A stretch of 64,000 nucleotides of DNA from Pseudomonadota bacterium. Lineage in GTDB: Bacteria; Pseudomonadota; Gammaproteobacteria; Burkholderiales; JABEVD01. A program made the position numbers and the translations under genes. The notes under the pieces were generated by a model. That model was not told the origin of the DNA. It saw only the letters and a list, made by a program, of their open reading frames with translations, and made no database searches. Positions within the stretch are counted from its first letter, which is position 1. The number at the start of each line of letters is the position of its first letter. Shown here piece after piece: positions 8,804-18,622 of this stretch. Location of the stretch: assembly GCA_021835845.1 (NCBI GenBank), contig JAKBJU010000005.1, forward strand, positions 36,505-100,504, given 5' to 3'.

Positions 8804-9813
8804 GCGAGGCTTTCCATGGCAAACTTCACTGCTTCGAGGAAAATGGCATTCTCTTCGGGGATGGCGGTCGTGATCCTCATTAAGCCGTTTCCAAGAGAGG
8901 GATCGTTCAGGGGCTTGACGAGAATGTTTCGTTCTTTCAATGCAGTTGCCAAATCGCCAGCATCATATGGCGAAAAATCGGCGAGGAAAAAATAGGTTTC
9001 TGTCGGGTAAGTGCGAACGCCCAGGGCCTGCAGTCGTTCGGCAAGCGAATCGGTCCAGATGCGCAGCAGTCTGGAGCGGGCGCGGATCTTGTCCTCGTGC
9101 CGGAGTGTTGCGATCGCCGCCGCCTGGCTGGGACGGGCGAGAGGGTAGGCATCGTTATGACTGTTCAAATCATCGGCAATTTCCTCCGGCAAGACGGCAT
9201 AGCCTACCCTGAAACCTGCCAGGCTGTGGGCCTTGGACAGGGTCCTGGTCACGAGCAGATTGGAGTGGAGCGGCACCTGGTGCACCACGGATTCCCCGGC
9301 GAGGCCGATGAACGCCTCATCCACCAAAAAGCGTGTATCCGGATGGCTGTGCAACAGTTCCGGCAAGGGTGCCATGTCGAATATGCCGCCGTTGGGGTTG
9401 TTGGGATTCACGACGACTGCGAGCGTAGTACCTTGCGGAATCGATAATTCGCTGAGGTCGAGGGCAAAATTGTTTTCCGGCGGCAGCCGGGTTTCGGTAT
9501 AACGCTTTGCGATCTCGGGAAAAAGAGGATAGGTCGGCATCAAGAGGTGAACTTGCTGACCGAAGCGGTCGAAAATCTGCCTGAGGATGAGTTCCGAACC
9601 TGCATTGATATGGATGAACCTTTCCGGAATGCCGAGCTTCGCACCGATCATCCGGCGCAATGGCGCCGAATACGGCTCTGTATAATAGTTGCCGCGCGGC
9701 GCTTCAGCTTGCGCGGCAAGAATCGCCTCCTCTATTGGAGGAAGCGGGTTTTCGCAAAGCAGGAGTTTGATGCCCTGAAAGGTGCCGCCGCCTTTTTCCG
9801 CTGTCTGGCCCAT
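8800..9813 (-). CDS. Class I/II PLP-dependent aminotransferase (HisC / threonine-phosphate-decarboxylase-like)
   Basis: 337 aa. Motifs: NPNNPNG, FLVDEAF, TRTLSKAHSLAGFRVGY (PLP-Lys motif). Its stop overlaps the ATPase start (ATGA at 8800..8803). Confidence 0.8.
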   Translation of the reverse strand: MGQTAEKGGGTFQGIKLLLCENPLPPIEEAILAAQAEAPRGNYYTEPYSAPLRRMIGAKLGIPERFIHINAGSELILRQIFDRFGQQVHLLMPTYPLFPEIAKRYTETRLPPENNFALDLSELSIPQGTTLAVVVNPNNPNGGIFDMAPLPELLHSHPDTRFLVDEAFIGLAGESVVHQVPLHSNLLVTRTLSKAHSLAGFRVGYAVLPEEIADDLNSHNDAYPLARPSQAAAIATLRHEDKIRARSRLLRIWTDSLAERLQALGVRTYPTETYFFLADFSPYDAGDLATALKERNILVKPLNDPSLGNGLMRITTAIPEENAIFLEAVKFAMESLA

Positions 9814-9816
9814 TAT

Positions 9817-10554
9817 TCAGCTTCCGAGATGAAAAAATGCAATGGTGCCGATTCCGAATAAAAGCAGCACGATCTGGCGCATGGAAGCTGCAGGAGTGGT
9901 CTGTTTGTGCAATCCTGGAATGAGGTCCGCCGCCGCAATGTAGATGAAGCTCGCTGCGGAAAGCGCCAGGATATACGGCACCGCCTTGCGCGTCTCACCC
10001 AGCCAGAAATAGGCTGCAACGGCCCCGGGCAGGGTGGCTGCGGCTGAAAGTCCGTTGAGGATGAGAGCCCGCTTGCGGCCGTAGCCGTTGTCAAGCAGGA
10101 TCGCGAAATCACCGACTTCCTGCGGCACTTCGTGCGCAATCACCGCAAGAGACGCTGCAATTCCCAGCGGGATCGTGGTAAGAAATGCTGCCGCGATTAC
10201 CACGCCATCCACGAAGTTGTGGAAGGCGTCTCCGACCAGGAGCAGCGAGCCGGCGCGGCCATGTACCTCGCATTCGATATCGTGGCAGTGACGCCAGAGC
10301 ACCAGTTTTTCCAGCACGAAGAACAACACCATTCCGGCCAGCACCGTTGCGCTGACCAGGAACGTCTGCGCCTGCTTTAAGGCGGCGGGAATCATGCCCA
10401 GGAAGGCTGCGCCGAGCAGGGTGCCGGTCGCATAGCTGACGAGAGACGGTACGAGGGTTCTTCTGATATCGTCGGGAAAGACCAGCATCAAGGCTGCCCC
10501 GGCAACAGCACCAATGCTGCCCAGTATACTGAATGCAATTATCCACGACAACAT
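9817..10554 (-). CDS. ZIP-family divalent metal transporter (ZupT-like)
   Basis: 245 aa, multi-TM, with the HNFVDG and HEVPQEVGDFAILL signatures. Its stop is 3 nt from the aminotransferase start. Confidence 0.85.
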   Translation of the reverse strand: MLSWIIAFSILGSIGAVAGAALMLVFPDDIRRTLVPSLVSYATGTLLGAAFLGMIPAALKQAQTFLVSATVLAGMVLFFVLEKLVLWRHCHDIECEVHGRAGSLLLVGDAFHNFVDGVVIAAAFLTTIPLGIAASLAVIAHEVPQEVGDFAILLDNGYGRKRALILNGLSAAATLPGAVAAYFWLGETRKAVPYILALSAASFIYIAAADLIPGLHKQTTPAASMRQIVLLLFGIGTIAFFHLGS

Positions 10555-10599
10555 TCTGTTGGCCTCGACTCAACGTGTGTAAGCCGATATCGGGTACGC

Positions 10600-10740
10600 T
10601 TAGCCGTGCGCAATGGTCTTGTCCGTGAAAAGATAGTCCTTCAATTCCTTCGAGAAGGCGGGATCCTTCCGGCGTATCCACTCCAGGAGCATGGAAGCAT
10701 GCTCCTTTTCTTCATCGCGATTGGCCAGTATCTCACCCAT
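10600..10740 (-). pseudogene. Encapsulated-ferritin (EncFtn)-like C-terminal half; probable gene remnant
   Basis: A 46-codon ORF, below the ORF-track cutoff: MGEILANRDEEKEHASMLLEWIRRKDPAFSKELKDYLFTDKTIAHG. It matches my memory of the EncFtn second helix (..AHNRDEEKEHAAMTLEWLRRND..YLFTEGPI). N-terminal-like residues (IAVIDYIVRV) occur only in another frame at 10741..10830. Confidence 0.35.
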
Positions 10741-10850
10741 GGGTACTTGTTTTGATCGAGTATCGGCGTGTTCCGTCCGCGCACTCTAACAATATAGTCG
10801 ATAACGGCTATGGAGGTTTCTGGAGGCTTTTGCCCGGATCGGCGGGCATT

Positions 10851-11351
10851 TCAATAGGAATTGCCGCTCCTGCGATCGACGAGCTGTCCGTCAGCCAGGC
10901 GCAACCTCTTCGAGAGCGATATCGCGACCACACGCACCACCCTGGCTGCAACGGCGGGGGCAAGGAGTATCATGCTGTCCAGTCCATCCTTGGACAAGGC
11001 CAGCAGGGTGCACTGCGTTGCCGCGATGCAGGTGGCGGAACGCCTTTCGCCGTCGAGCACTGCCATTTCACCGAATGGCCGCCCTTCGTGCAGCGTGGCG
11101 ATTTCGACTGCGGTCCCGTCGTATCGGCTCTTCGATATGGAAACCTTGCCGGAAATGACGATGCACATGAACGTGCCGGGATCGCCTTCCCGAAATACCA
11201 CGCCGCCCTCTTCGACTTCGATGAGGCTGAAATAGGGAACGATGGCCTCGATCTCGAGGCGGTCGAAGCTGCTGAAGAGATCGCAGTCGAGCAGCATGCT
11301 GCCGAGTCTTTTTGCTGCAGCAGCTTCCTTCTTGTCGGGCAATCGGTGCAT
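10851..11351 (-). CDS. Stand-alone cyclic-nucleotide-binding domain protein
   Basis: 166 aa. cNMP fold signature: LFSSF..EGGVVFREGDPGTFMCIVISGKV..GRPFGEMAVLDGERRSATCIA. No output domain. Confidence 0.8.
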   Translation of the reverse strand: MHRLPDKKEAAAAKRLGSMLLDCDLFSSFDRLEIEAIVPYFSLIEVEEGGVVFREGDPGTFMCIVISGKVSISKSRYDGTAVEIATLHEGRPFGEMAVLDGERRSATCIAATQCTLLALSKDGLDSMILLAPAVAARVVRVVAISLSKRLRLADGQLVDRRSGNSY

Positions 11352-11685
11352 TCCGGAAAATTATCCTTTTTTTGTCTCCCTGGCAACAGGAGGCAATTTG
11401 GATTCGCTATGCCGATGATTCGCGACCGTGGCTGAAATTGGTCGCCAGAAAGTCGATCTCCGCAACGAAAAATGGCGGGATGGGCCATCCTCCCGAACTG
11501 AAACGGCAGCCTTTCCGAACATTGTTGCAGATTTCCCGCATGAAGTATTTTTCATCCGATTTCGCGAATTTCCAGGAACTATCGCGCCTCGATGCAAGTC
11601 CATGGTACGGGATGCGGACCGGCACAACAGGAATTCATCCGCATTTGAAAAAACGCATCGTCAAATGAATTGTGAGGAGATCAGC

Positions 11686-11913
11686 ATGAATAAATTTTCC
11701 ATAACGCTGTCTGGCATGCTTCTGGCCATGGTTGCGCTGCAGGCTTCTGCGCAGCCGCCTGCATGGTTCATGGTCAAGCACCCGGAAGTCAGGACCATGG
11801 AGCGCATGCAGGCGCAAAAAGAGTCGGCCGCCAGGAACCGGGCGCTTGCCGCAAAATCGAAATCCGGCAGCAAATATCACGCCTCAACACAAAAAAGCTC
11901 GAATCATGGCTGA
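11686..11913 (+). CDS. Small secreted hypothetical protein
   Basis: ATG at 11686 with GAGGAGA upstream. Signal peptide MNKFSITLSGMLLAMVALQASA followed by a Lys/Ala-rich tail. 75 aa. Confidence 0.5.
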   Translation: MNKFSITLSGMLLAMVALQASAQPPAWFMVKHPEVRTMERMQAQKESAARNRALAAKSKSGSKYHASTQKSSNHG

Positions 11914-12074
11914 GCGCCATATTCCGCCGCCCCATGCGCATTGGATGCCGGGGTACTCTGCAGCATGATTGGATTGCGCCTTCCCCTGGGAAGGCGCTTC
12001 TGTCGAAATTCCAAGATCCTTGTCGTCAATTCCTGCCGCGATCCTGATCATGGCACCAGTTTCCTTTTATTACG

Positions 12075-13346
12075 ATGATTCAGAAAGATATGTTCTTGAG
12101 AAAATGCGGCCTGACAATCATCGTTGCCTGCGCCGCATCGATCCCTATGGGTGCCTTGGCCGATGGCAAATCTGCGGCCCCGACGCTTTCCGATGTTTTG
12201 GATGCTTCCGGAGTTTCCCTGACAGGCTATTTCGATGCCGCTTACAACAGCATGAACAGCACCGGACTCTTCACCAGTGCAGCGCCAGGGACGAGCTATC
12301 CTGGCGGAGCCGCCCAGAATACGCATATATTCGATACGCCGGGAGCGACAAGCACCCATGATTTCAACAGCTTCAATTTGCAACAATTCGCTGTCATTCT
12401 CGCAAAGCAGCCCAAGGAAGGATTCGGCGGATACATGAATCTGACCACGGGCCAGGATGCTGCAACGATCGCTTCAACAGGCCTGGGAGGCGGCAACAAC
12501 AACCATATGTTTGACATGACCCAGGCTTATGCCAGCTACGCAACCGGCTCCTTGACCGTCATCGGCGGAAAATTCGCCACCCTTGCAGGAGCCGAACTGA
12601 TTACCAGCCCATCCAACAAGAACTATACCCACTCCTGGATGTTTGGCTGGGGGCCTTACACTCATACCGGCCTGAGAGCGACTTATGCTGCAAGCGACAA
12701 GGTGACTTTGATTGCGGGCGTGAACAACGGCTGGGATCAGGTCACTTCGACCACTTCCAGCAAAACTGCTGAGCTCGGGCTCGATATCACCCCCAGCAGC
12801 CTGTTTTCCCTGGCGACCACTTATTATCAGGGCAAGGAAAACGCCCAGATCCTTCAAAATGGCACAACGCCTGTAGGAGGAGTGGGCAGCCGCAAATATC
12901 TCGACATGGTGGGTACCCTCAATGCCACGGAAAAGCTGAACTTCGTATTCGACTATGCAAACGGCAGCCAGGACAATGCCGCCATTCCTGGGGCGGATGG
13001 AAGCGTGGGAACTGCGAAATGGGACTCTCTGGCCCTGTATGCGAATTACCAGATCAGCGATGCCTGGCGCTTTTCGTATCGGAACGAGAATTTCAACGAT
13101 CGCGATGGCTACCGTTCGAATCTGACCGGCAATTCCCTGCTGGGCATTCCCTACGTTCTCGGCACTCCGGTTGCGCAAAGGCTGAAATCGAATACCTTTA
13201 CTGTCGGCTACGTTCCCGTGAAGAATGTTGAGTTGCGGGGCGAGATCCGGTTCGACAAATCCAGCCAGAACGCCTTCCTGCAGCCGGACGGCACGGGGAG
13301 AAGCACGCAAAACACCTATGCCATGGACGCCATCTACCAGTTCTGA
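12075..13346 (+). CDS. Outer-membrane beta-barrel porin
   Basis: Signal peptide ..IVACAASIPMGALA/DG, alternating beta-strand pattern, and the C-terminal ..YAMDAIYQF (terminal Phe). No CxxCH, so it is not a Cyc2-type fused cytochrome-porin. Confidence 0.75.
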   Translation: MIQKDMFLRKCGLTIIVACAASIPMGALADGKSAAPTLSDVLDASGVSLTGYFDAAYNSMNSTGLFTSAAPGTSYPGGAAQNTHIFDTPGATSTHDFNSFNLQQFAVILAKQPKEGFGGYMNLTTGQDAATIASTGLGGGNNNHMFDMTQAYASYATGSLTVIGGKFATLAGAELITSPSNKNYTHSWMFGWGPYTHTGLRATYAASDKVTLIAGVNNGWDQVTSTTSSKTAELGLDITPSSLFSLATTYYQGKENAQILQNGTTPVGGVGSRKYLDMVGTLNATEKLNFVFDYANGSQDNAAIPGADGSVGTAKWDSLALYANYQISDAWRFSYRNENFNDRDGYRSNLTGNSLLGIPYVLGTPVAQRLKSNTFTVGYVPVKNVELRGEIRFDKSSQNAFLQPDGTGRSTQNTYAMDAIYQF

Positions 13347-13394
13347 TGCCTGTTTCGGAGATCGGTACGGATGAGCCGAAGGGATTGAGAGCTG

Positions 13395-13716
13395 GAAATC
13401 ACGCTCCATGGAGGATCGCTATGCCAAGTTTGCTATGGAAAATCTGAAGGTTGCGGCATCGTGGACTGGATCTCGTCAACCAGATGTACCTCGTCTCTGC
13501 GGCGGCTTACAATCTGGTGCGGATGCGAAGTTTACTGGTGTGCGGCACCGAAAATCCGTCCAGAACCTGAGAAAACAGGGAAAATGGCTCGAAAACAGCT
13601 TGTCAAGGCCGTAAAAACAGTGATTCAGGCCGAAAAATAGATCAGGCGACTGGGGGAAGGGGAAATAATAATGACATTTTCAGCAGCCTGTTAACAGCTG
13701 CTTGTCCCCGGGAATG
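13395..13716 (+). mobile_element. Decayed C-terminal fragment of a DDE transposase (IS5/IS1182-like), frameshifted
   Basis: Fragments in shifting frames: ..AKFAMENL / RLRHRGLDLVNQMYLVSAAAYNLVRMRSLL* (stop at 13568..13570) / ..DIFSSLL.. These resemble the conserved ..R.RGL.KV..Q..L.AAA.NL.R.. transposase C-terminal block. No N-terminal or catalytic part is present. Confidence 0.5.
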
Positions 13717-13736
13717 ATAGATCCTACACTTGGGCT

Positions 13737-15095
13737 ATGTCCCAGTATTTGAATTTGTCCAGGGCGGCGCGGCTCATCGGCATGTCGCGCGTCGCCTTGC
13801 AGCAGGCTGTCAAGGAGGGCAAGCTCGAATCCTTCGACGGCATGGTTTCGACCGAAGATCTGCTCGCGGCCTTTCCCGATGCCAGCTTTGGCGATGATCC
13901 CGTTTTCGAGCGCATTGCGAAAATCAGGGAGGAGGCTTTCGGCAAGCGCGTCCGGGAACGCATCCTGCCGGACAGAGAAGTCCTCGCTGCGCGGCTTTTT
14001 GAACAGAGCGTCGAGCTTGCCGACTACAGGCGCCATCTCGAGCGCTATCATGCCATCGTGGTGAGTGCGCTCGCGAAGCTGAAGGCTCTTTCAGGTTCTC
14101 GCTCCGGGATCGATGATCTGGCAAAATGGCTGAATCATGAACTCGAAGATGCCCTGGTGACAGAAGCCCCCGACCAATTGGATGCGATGGAAGGCTATCT
14201 GCGCATCGTCTCGGCCCATGTGCGGCTTCAGCCCAGCGGCCGCGAATTTTTCGTGGAGGGAACGGATACCCTGCTGGAAGCTGCGCTGCGCGCGGGGATC
14301 GCCTTCAACTACGGTTGCAGCGGCGGCAACTGCGGCTTGTGCAAGGCGAGGGTGGTCTCGGGGCAGACCCGGCAGGTGCGCCATCACGATTATGGCTTTT
14401 CCGAAGCGGAAAAAAGCATGGGTTACGTTCTCGCCTGTTCCCATACCGCAGTGACCGATGTCGTGATCGAGGCGCTGGAAGCAGGTCGCCCGGAAGACAT
14501 CCCCCGGCAGACGATAGAGGCGAAGGTGAGGGCGGTCGAGACGCTCGGAAACATCGTAAAGCTTTCCCTGCAGACCCCCAGATCGAGCCGGCTGCGCTTC
14601 ATCGCGGGTCAATGCGTGACCCTGGACGGGGAGGAATACCCTATCGCGAGCTGTCCCTGCGACGATCGCAATCTCGAATTCCACATTCCCCTGGAGGATG
14701 CCCTTGCCGGGTTGAAGAAGGGGGATACGGTCAGCGTGCAAGGCCCTTTCGGGGGATTCGTGCTGCGAGAGGACACCGGCAGGCAGCCGCTTTTCATCGC
14801 CTCGGGCACAGGGTTCGCGCCAGTCAAGAGTCTCGTCGAGCATGCCATGGCGCTCGATGTTTTTTCCTCGATCGGGCTTTTGAGGATAGCGCCGGATTTC
14901 TATCTTTCCAATCTCTGCCGCTCGTGGGAAGCTGCGCTCGACAATTTCGGCTACGCCGAAGTGACGGAGCTGACGCCTTTTCCTGATCTTCTGGATCGTG
15001 ATGTCTATGTCGCAGGCCCAGCCGAGTTCGTTGCGAGAACGAGGCAGCGGCTCTTGGACGAAGGGCTGCCGGAAGCCCGGATTTTCAGCCCATGA
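13737..15095 (+). CDS. Three-module protein: N-terminal HTH-like region + plant-type 2Fe-2S ferredoxin + FNR-like FAD/NAD(P)-binding reductase
   Basis: N-terminus: [26 protein letters not shown]. Fer2: [21 protein letters not shown]-like: [35 protein letters not shown]. Confidence 0.7.
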   Translation: MSQYLNLSRAARLIGMSRVALQQAVKEGKLESFDGMVSTEDLLAAFPDASFGDDPVFERIAKIREEAFGKRVRERILPDREVLAARLFEQSVELADYRRHLERYHAIVVSALAKLKALSGSRSGIDDLAKWLNHELEDALVTEAPDQLDAMEGYLRIVSAHVRLQPSGREFFVEGTDTLLEAALRAGIAFNYGCSGGNCGLCKARVVSGQTRQVRHHDYGFSEAEKSMGYVLACSHTAVTDVVIEALEAGRPEDIPRQTIEAKVRAVETLGNIVKLSLQTPRSSRLRFIAGQCVTLDGEEYPIASCPCDDRNLEFHIPLEDALAGLKKGDTVSVQGPFGGFVLREDTGRQPLFIASGTGFAPVKSLVEHAMALDVFSSIGLLRIAPDFYLSNLCRSWEAALDNFGYAEVTELTPFPDLLDRDVYVAGPAEFVARTRQRLLDEGLPEARIFSP

Positions 15096-16068
15096 GGTGC
15101 CGCACCTGATCGCGCTCCCAGATGAGTTCCTGGTAGGACTTGTCCATCCGCTCCCTCATGAATGGAGTGATTTCGAGATTTTCCACGATGGCATACTTCC
15201 CTTTTTCGCACTGCACGGGAAAGCCGTAAATCACTCCTTCGGGAATAGCGTAGCTGCCGTCCGATAAAACGCCCATGCTCACCCAGTCGTTGTCCTTGGT
15301 GCCGAGCAACCAGTCCCTGACATGGCAGATCGCGGCGTTCGCTGCACTTGCCACCGAACTTGAGCCTCGCGCTTCCAGGATTGCAGTTCCCCTGTTCTGG
15401 ACGCCTGGAATGAATTCCTTTTCCACCCATTCCGGATCGTGGATGAACTGGTTCGCATTGATGCCGTCGACAGTCGCATGGTATAGATCGGGAAACTGGG
15501 CAGAGGAATGATTGCCCCAGGCGATCGCCCTTCTCACGTGGGTGACCGGCCTGCCTGCGTGAGCCGCTATCTTGGAAAGCGCCCGGTTGTGGTCGAGGCG
15601 CATCATCGAAGTGTAGTTTTTCGGGTCGAGCCTTCTCGCATGGCTTGCCGCGATGAGGGCATTGGTGTTGGCGGGGTTGCCCACCACCAGCACCTTGGCA
15701 TGGGGAGATGCCGCTTTGTCCAGCGCGATGCCCTGGCTTTTGAAGATTTCGCCGTTCACCATCAGGAGATCGCTGCGCTCCATTCCCTTCGTCCTGGGAC
15801 GGGATCCCACCATGATCGCGATGTCCGCGCCTGCAAAAGCCTCTTCCGGAATATCCGTGCAATGGATTCCTGCAAGCAGCGGAAAAGCGCAGTCGTCGAG
15901 CTCCATTTGAACCCCTTTCAGCGCCTGAAGGGATTGGGAAATTTCCAGAAGCTGAAGGATGACGGGCTGCCTGAATCCCAGCATGTCCCCGGATGCGATG
16001 CGGAAAAGCAGGTTGTAGCCGATGTGGCCTGCCGCCCCCGTTACGGCGATTCTGATGGGCTGCCTCAT
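15085..16068 (-). CDS. mdh: Malate dehydrogenase
   Basis: [31 protein letters not shown].. The start at 16068 has GGAGGG 6 nt upstream. 327 aa. Confidence 0.93.
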   Translation of the reverse strand: MRQPIRIAVTGAAGHIGYNLLFRIASGDMLGFRQPVILQLLEISQSLQALKGVQMELDDCAFPLLAGIHCTDIPEEAFAGADIAIMVGSRPRTKGMERSDLLMVNGEIFKSQGIALDKAASPHAKVLVVGNPANTNALIAASHARRLDPKNYTSMMRLDHNRALSKIAAHAGRPVTHVRRAIAWGNHSSAQFPDLYHATVDGINANQFIHDPEWVEKEFIPGVQNRGTAILEARGSSSVASAANAAICHVRDWLLGTKDNDWVSMGVLSDGSYAIPEGVIYGFPVQCEKGKYAIVENLEITPFMRERMDKSYQELIWERDQVRHLMG

Positions 16069-16148
16069 CGATTTCCCTCCTTTCAATGCCTGAGGTAAAA
16101 TACTACACGCTTCAAGACGCTTCTGGAATCGCTTGGGAAAGGAAGGAA

Positions 16149-16520
16149 ATGAGGCATCGCCCCAGATATCTCGACATCAGAAAGATCAGGCTGCCCCTGC
16201 CCGGAGTCGTCTCCATCCTGCACAGGATGAGCGGTTTTCTGCTTTTTCTCGGCATTCCCCTAATGCTGTTTTTTCTGCAGGAAAGCCTGAGTTCGAGCCA
16301 GGGCTTCGCAAGCCTTGCGGATACGCTTTCCACCTTGCCGGCCAAGATGATTCTGATTCTTCTGCTCTGGGCATTCCTGCATCATTTCTGCGCCGGGATA
16401 CGCTTGCTGCTGCTCGACATGGGCATCGGACTCTCGCTGCAATCGGCGCGGGCAAGCAGCAAGGCGGTGATGCTGGCGGGGATTTTCTTCACGCTTGTCA
16501 TGGGAGTCTGGCTGTGGTGA
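16149..16520 (+). CDS. sdhC: Succinate dehydrogenase cytochrome b556 subunit
   Basis: [30 protein letters not shown].. with 3 TM helices. First gene of the sdh operon. Confidence 0.9.
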   Translation: MRHRPRYLDIRKIRLPLPGVVSILHRMSGFLLFLGIPLMLFFLQESLSSSQGFASLADTLSTLPAKMILILLLWAFLHHFCAGIRLLLLDMGIGLSLQSARASSKAVMLAGIFFTLVMGVWLW

Positions 16521-16861
16521 AAAGGACCGTGGTAGGGGCGCATTACGGCATCCTGGGCTGGCTCGTCCAGCGAATTTCGGCTGCGGTCATGGCCCTGTTC
16601 ATTCTTCTTTTCCTGATGGTGCTGCTCGATCACCACCCGCTTTCCTACGACATCTGGAAGACGCTGTTCTCGCAAATCTGGCTCAGGATAGGCGTGCAGC
16701 TCTTTCTGATCGGCCTCTTCCTGCATGCCTGGGTGGGAATGCGGGATATCTTGATGGATTATGTCCATTCCACCGGAACCAGGCTGCTCTTGCAGGTGCT
16801 CGTCCTGGTTTCCCTGTCGGCTTATGCGATCTGGAGCATCCGGATCGTTTGGGGGAATTGA
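16517..16861 (+). CDS. sdhD: Succinate dehydrogenase membrane anchor subunit
   Basis: GTG at 16517 overlaps the sdhC stop (GTGA). Sequence: [30 protein letters not shown]. Confidence 0.88.
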   Translation: MKRTVVGAHYGILGWLVQRISAAVMALFILLFLMVLLDHHPLSYDIWKTLFSQIWLRIGVQLFLIGLFLHAWVGMRDILMDYVHSTGTRLLLQVLVLVSLSAYAIWSIRIVWGN

Positions 16862-18615
16862 TGGAAAGGCGCAAATTCGACGTGGCGATCATCGGAGCTG
16901 GAGGGGCCGGCATGCGCGCCGCCCTCCAGCTTTCCTCTGCAGGATACAAGGTTGCGGTACTGAGCAAGGTATTCCCGACCCGCTCCCACACCGTCGCCGC
17001 CCAGGGTGGAATCACCGCAGCCCTCGGCAATGTGACCGAGGACAACTGGCTCTGGCACATGTACGACACGGTCAAGGGATCGGATTATCTGGGCGACCAG
17101 GATGCCATCGAATACATGTGCAGGATGGGACCGCAGGTCGTGTACGAGATGGAGCATTTCGGCCTTCCCTTTTCCAGACTCGAAAACGGGAAGATATACC
17201 AGAGGCCGTTCGGCGGTCAGTCCCGCAATTTCGGCGGAGACCAGGCGGCGAGAACCTGCGCAGCAGCGGACCGGACCGGGCATGCGATGCTGCACACGCT
17301 CTATCAGCGCAACATCCAGGCCAAAACCCATTTCTTCGTCGAATTTCTGGCCATCGATCTCGTCAGAGATGCCGAGGGCAGGGCGCTGGGCGTCGTTGCC
17401 CTGGACATGGAAAGGGGAGAGCCGCTCCTGGTCGAAGCGAGAGCGACGCTGCTTGCGACGGGAGGAGCTGGGCGGATTTTCCAGGCGAGCACCAATGCCT
17501 TCATCAATACCGGGGACGGCCTCGGCATGGCGTCTCGCGCAGGCATCCCGCTTGAGGACATGGAATTCTGGCAATTCCATCCCACCGGCGTCATGGGCGC
17601 CGGAGTGCTGATTTCCGAAGGCGTGCGCGGGGAGGGCGGCTATCTCGTCAATGGGGCGGGCGAGCGCTTCATGGAGCGCTATGCTCCGCACGCCAGGGAT
17701 CTCGCGGGGCGCGATGTGGTGGCAAGAGCCATTGCAATAGAAATACACGAAGGCAGGGGTTGCGGTTCGCGCAAGGATCATGTCCTTCTGAAGCTCGATC
17801 ATATCGGCAAGGACGAGATCCTGGACAAGCTTCCCGGAATACGCGAAATCGCGCTCAAGTTCGCCCATGTCGATCCGCTGGAAGCCCCCATTCCCGTGGT
17901 GCCGACCGCGCATTACATGATGGGCGGCATTCCGACCCACTACAGGGGGCAGGTGGTGGTCCCCGCCAGAACCGGGCCCGAAGAGGCCGTTCCCGGCCTT
18001 TATGCGATAGGCGAATGCGCCTGCGTTTCGGTCCACGGCGCAAACCGTCTGGGCGGCAATTCCCTGCTTGACCTGCTCGTTTTCGGACAGGCGGCAGCCG
18101 AGCATATCGTGGAATTCTTGAAGGAGAATCCGACCTCCCCTCCGATACCGAGGGAGGGACCGGACCTTGCCCTCGCGAGGCTTGCCCGCTGGGAAAGAAG
18201 AGAGGGAACGGAACGGGTTGCGGATGTCTACCGGGACATGCAGGGCATCATGCAATCCCATTGCGGCGTATTCCGGCGTGCCGAAGTGCTGGAAGAGGGG
18301 ATCGCCAAGCTCGAAGAGGCAAGGCAAAGGCTCGATCGCGCTGCAATTGGCGACCACAGCAAGGTTTTCAATACCGCCAGGGTTGAAGCGCTGGAGCTCG
18401 AAAATCTGATGGAAGTCGCATTTGCCACGATCCGGTCGGCTGCCGCCAGAACGGAGAGCCGCGGGGCGCATGCCCGGGACGACTATCCCGAGCGGGACGA
18501 CAGGAACTGGCTCAAGCATACCCTGGCCCATAGAGACGGCACGATCGACTACAAGCCGGTCAGGTTGAAGCCCCTGACCGTGTCGTCCTTTCCGCCCAAA
18601 ACCCGTACCTATTGA
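16861..18615 (+). CDS. sdhA: Succinate dehydrogenase flavoprotein subunit
   Basis: [31 protein letters not shown] (FAD His)..[17 protein letters not shown]. The ATG at 16861 overlaps the sdhD stop by 1 nt. Confidence 0.95.
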   Translation: MERRKFDVAIIGAGGAGMRAALQLSSAGYKVAVLSKVFPTRSHTVAAQGGITAALGNVTEDNWLWHMYDTVKGSDYLGDQDAIEYMCRMGPQVVYEMEHFGLPFSRLENGKIYQRPFGGQSRNFGGDQAARTCAAADRTGHAMLHTLYQRNIQAKTHFFVEFLAIDLVRDAEGRALGVVALDMERGEPLLVEARATLLATGGAGRIFQASTNAFINTGDGLGMASRAGIPLEDMEFWQFHPTGVMGAGVLISEGVRGEGGYLVNGAGERFMERYAPHARDLAGRDVVARAIAIEIHEGRGCGSRKDHVLLKLDHIGKDEILDKLPGIREIALKFAHVDPLEAPIPVVPTAHYMMGGIPTHYRGQVVVPARTGPEEAVPGLYAIGECACVSVHGANRLGGNSLLDLLVFGQAAAEHIVEFLKENPTSPPIPREGPDLALARLARWERREGTERVADVYRDMQGIMQSHCGVFRRAEVLEEGIAKLEEARQRLDRAAIGDHSKVFNTARVEALELENLMEVAFATIRSAAARTESRGAHARDDYPERDDRNWLKHTLAHRDGTIDYKPVRLKPLTVSSFPPKTRTY

Positions 18616-18622
18616 GGCTGCC

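Noticed and set aside
11352-11685. Small ORFs (11407..11625 minus, 11312..11668 plus) and a TGGCAA..GGCAA motif in the 334-bp gap, considered as genes or a sigma-54 site.
   Set aside because: The ORFs overlap each other, lack SD sequences and have no motifs. The motif lacks the TTGC -12 element.
12075-13346. The porin, considered as a Cyc2-type fused cytochrome-porin iron oxidase.
   Set aside because: There is no CxxCH motif anywhere in the protein. It is only a generic beta-barrel with a signal peptide.
16495-18615. N-terminally extended ORF-track models for sdhA (16495), sdhD (16133), sucB (23256), lpdA (24655), kdsA (44167), eno (45048), fabH (61610), btuB (39796), yceD (59982) and others.
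   Set aside because: The extensions run through the upstream gene or a riboswitch. Conserved N-termini with SD sequences identify the internal starts listed in the features.
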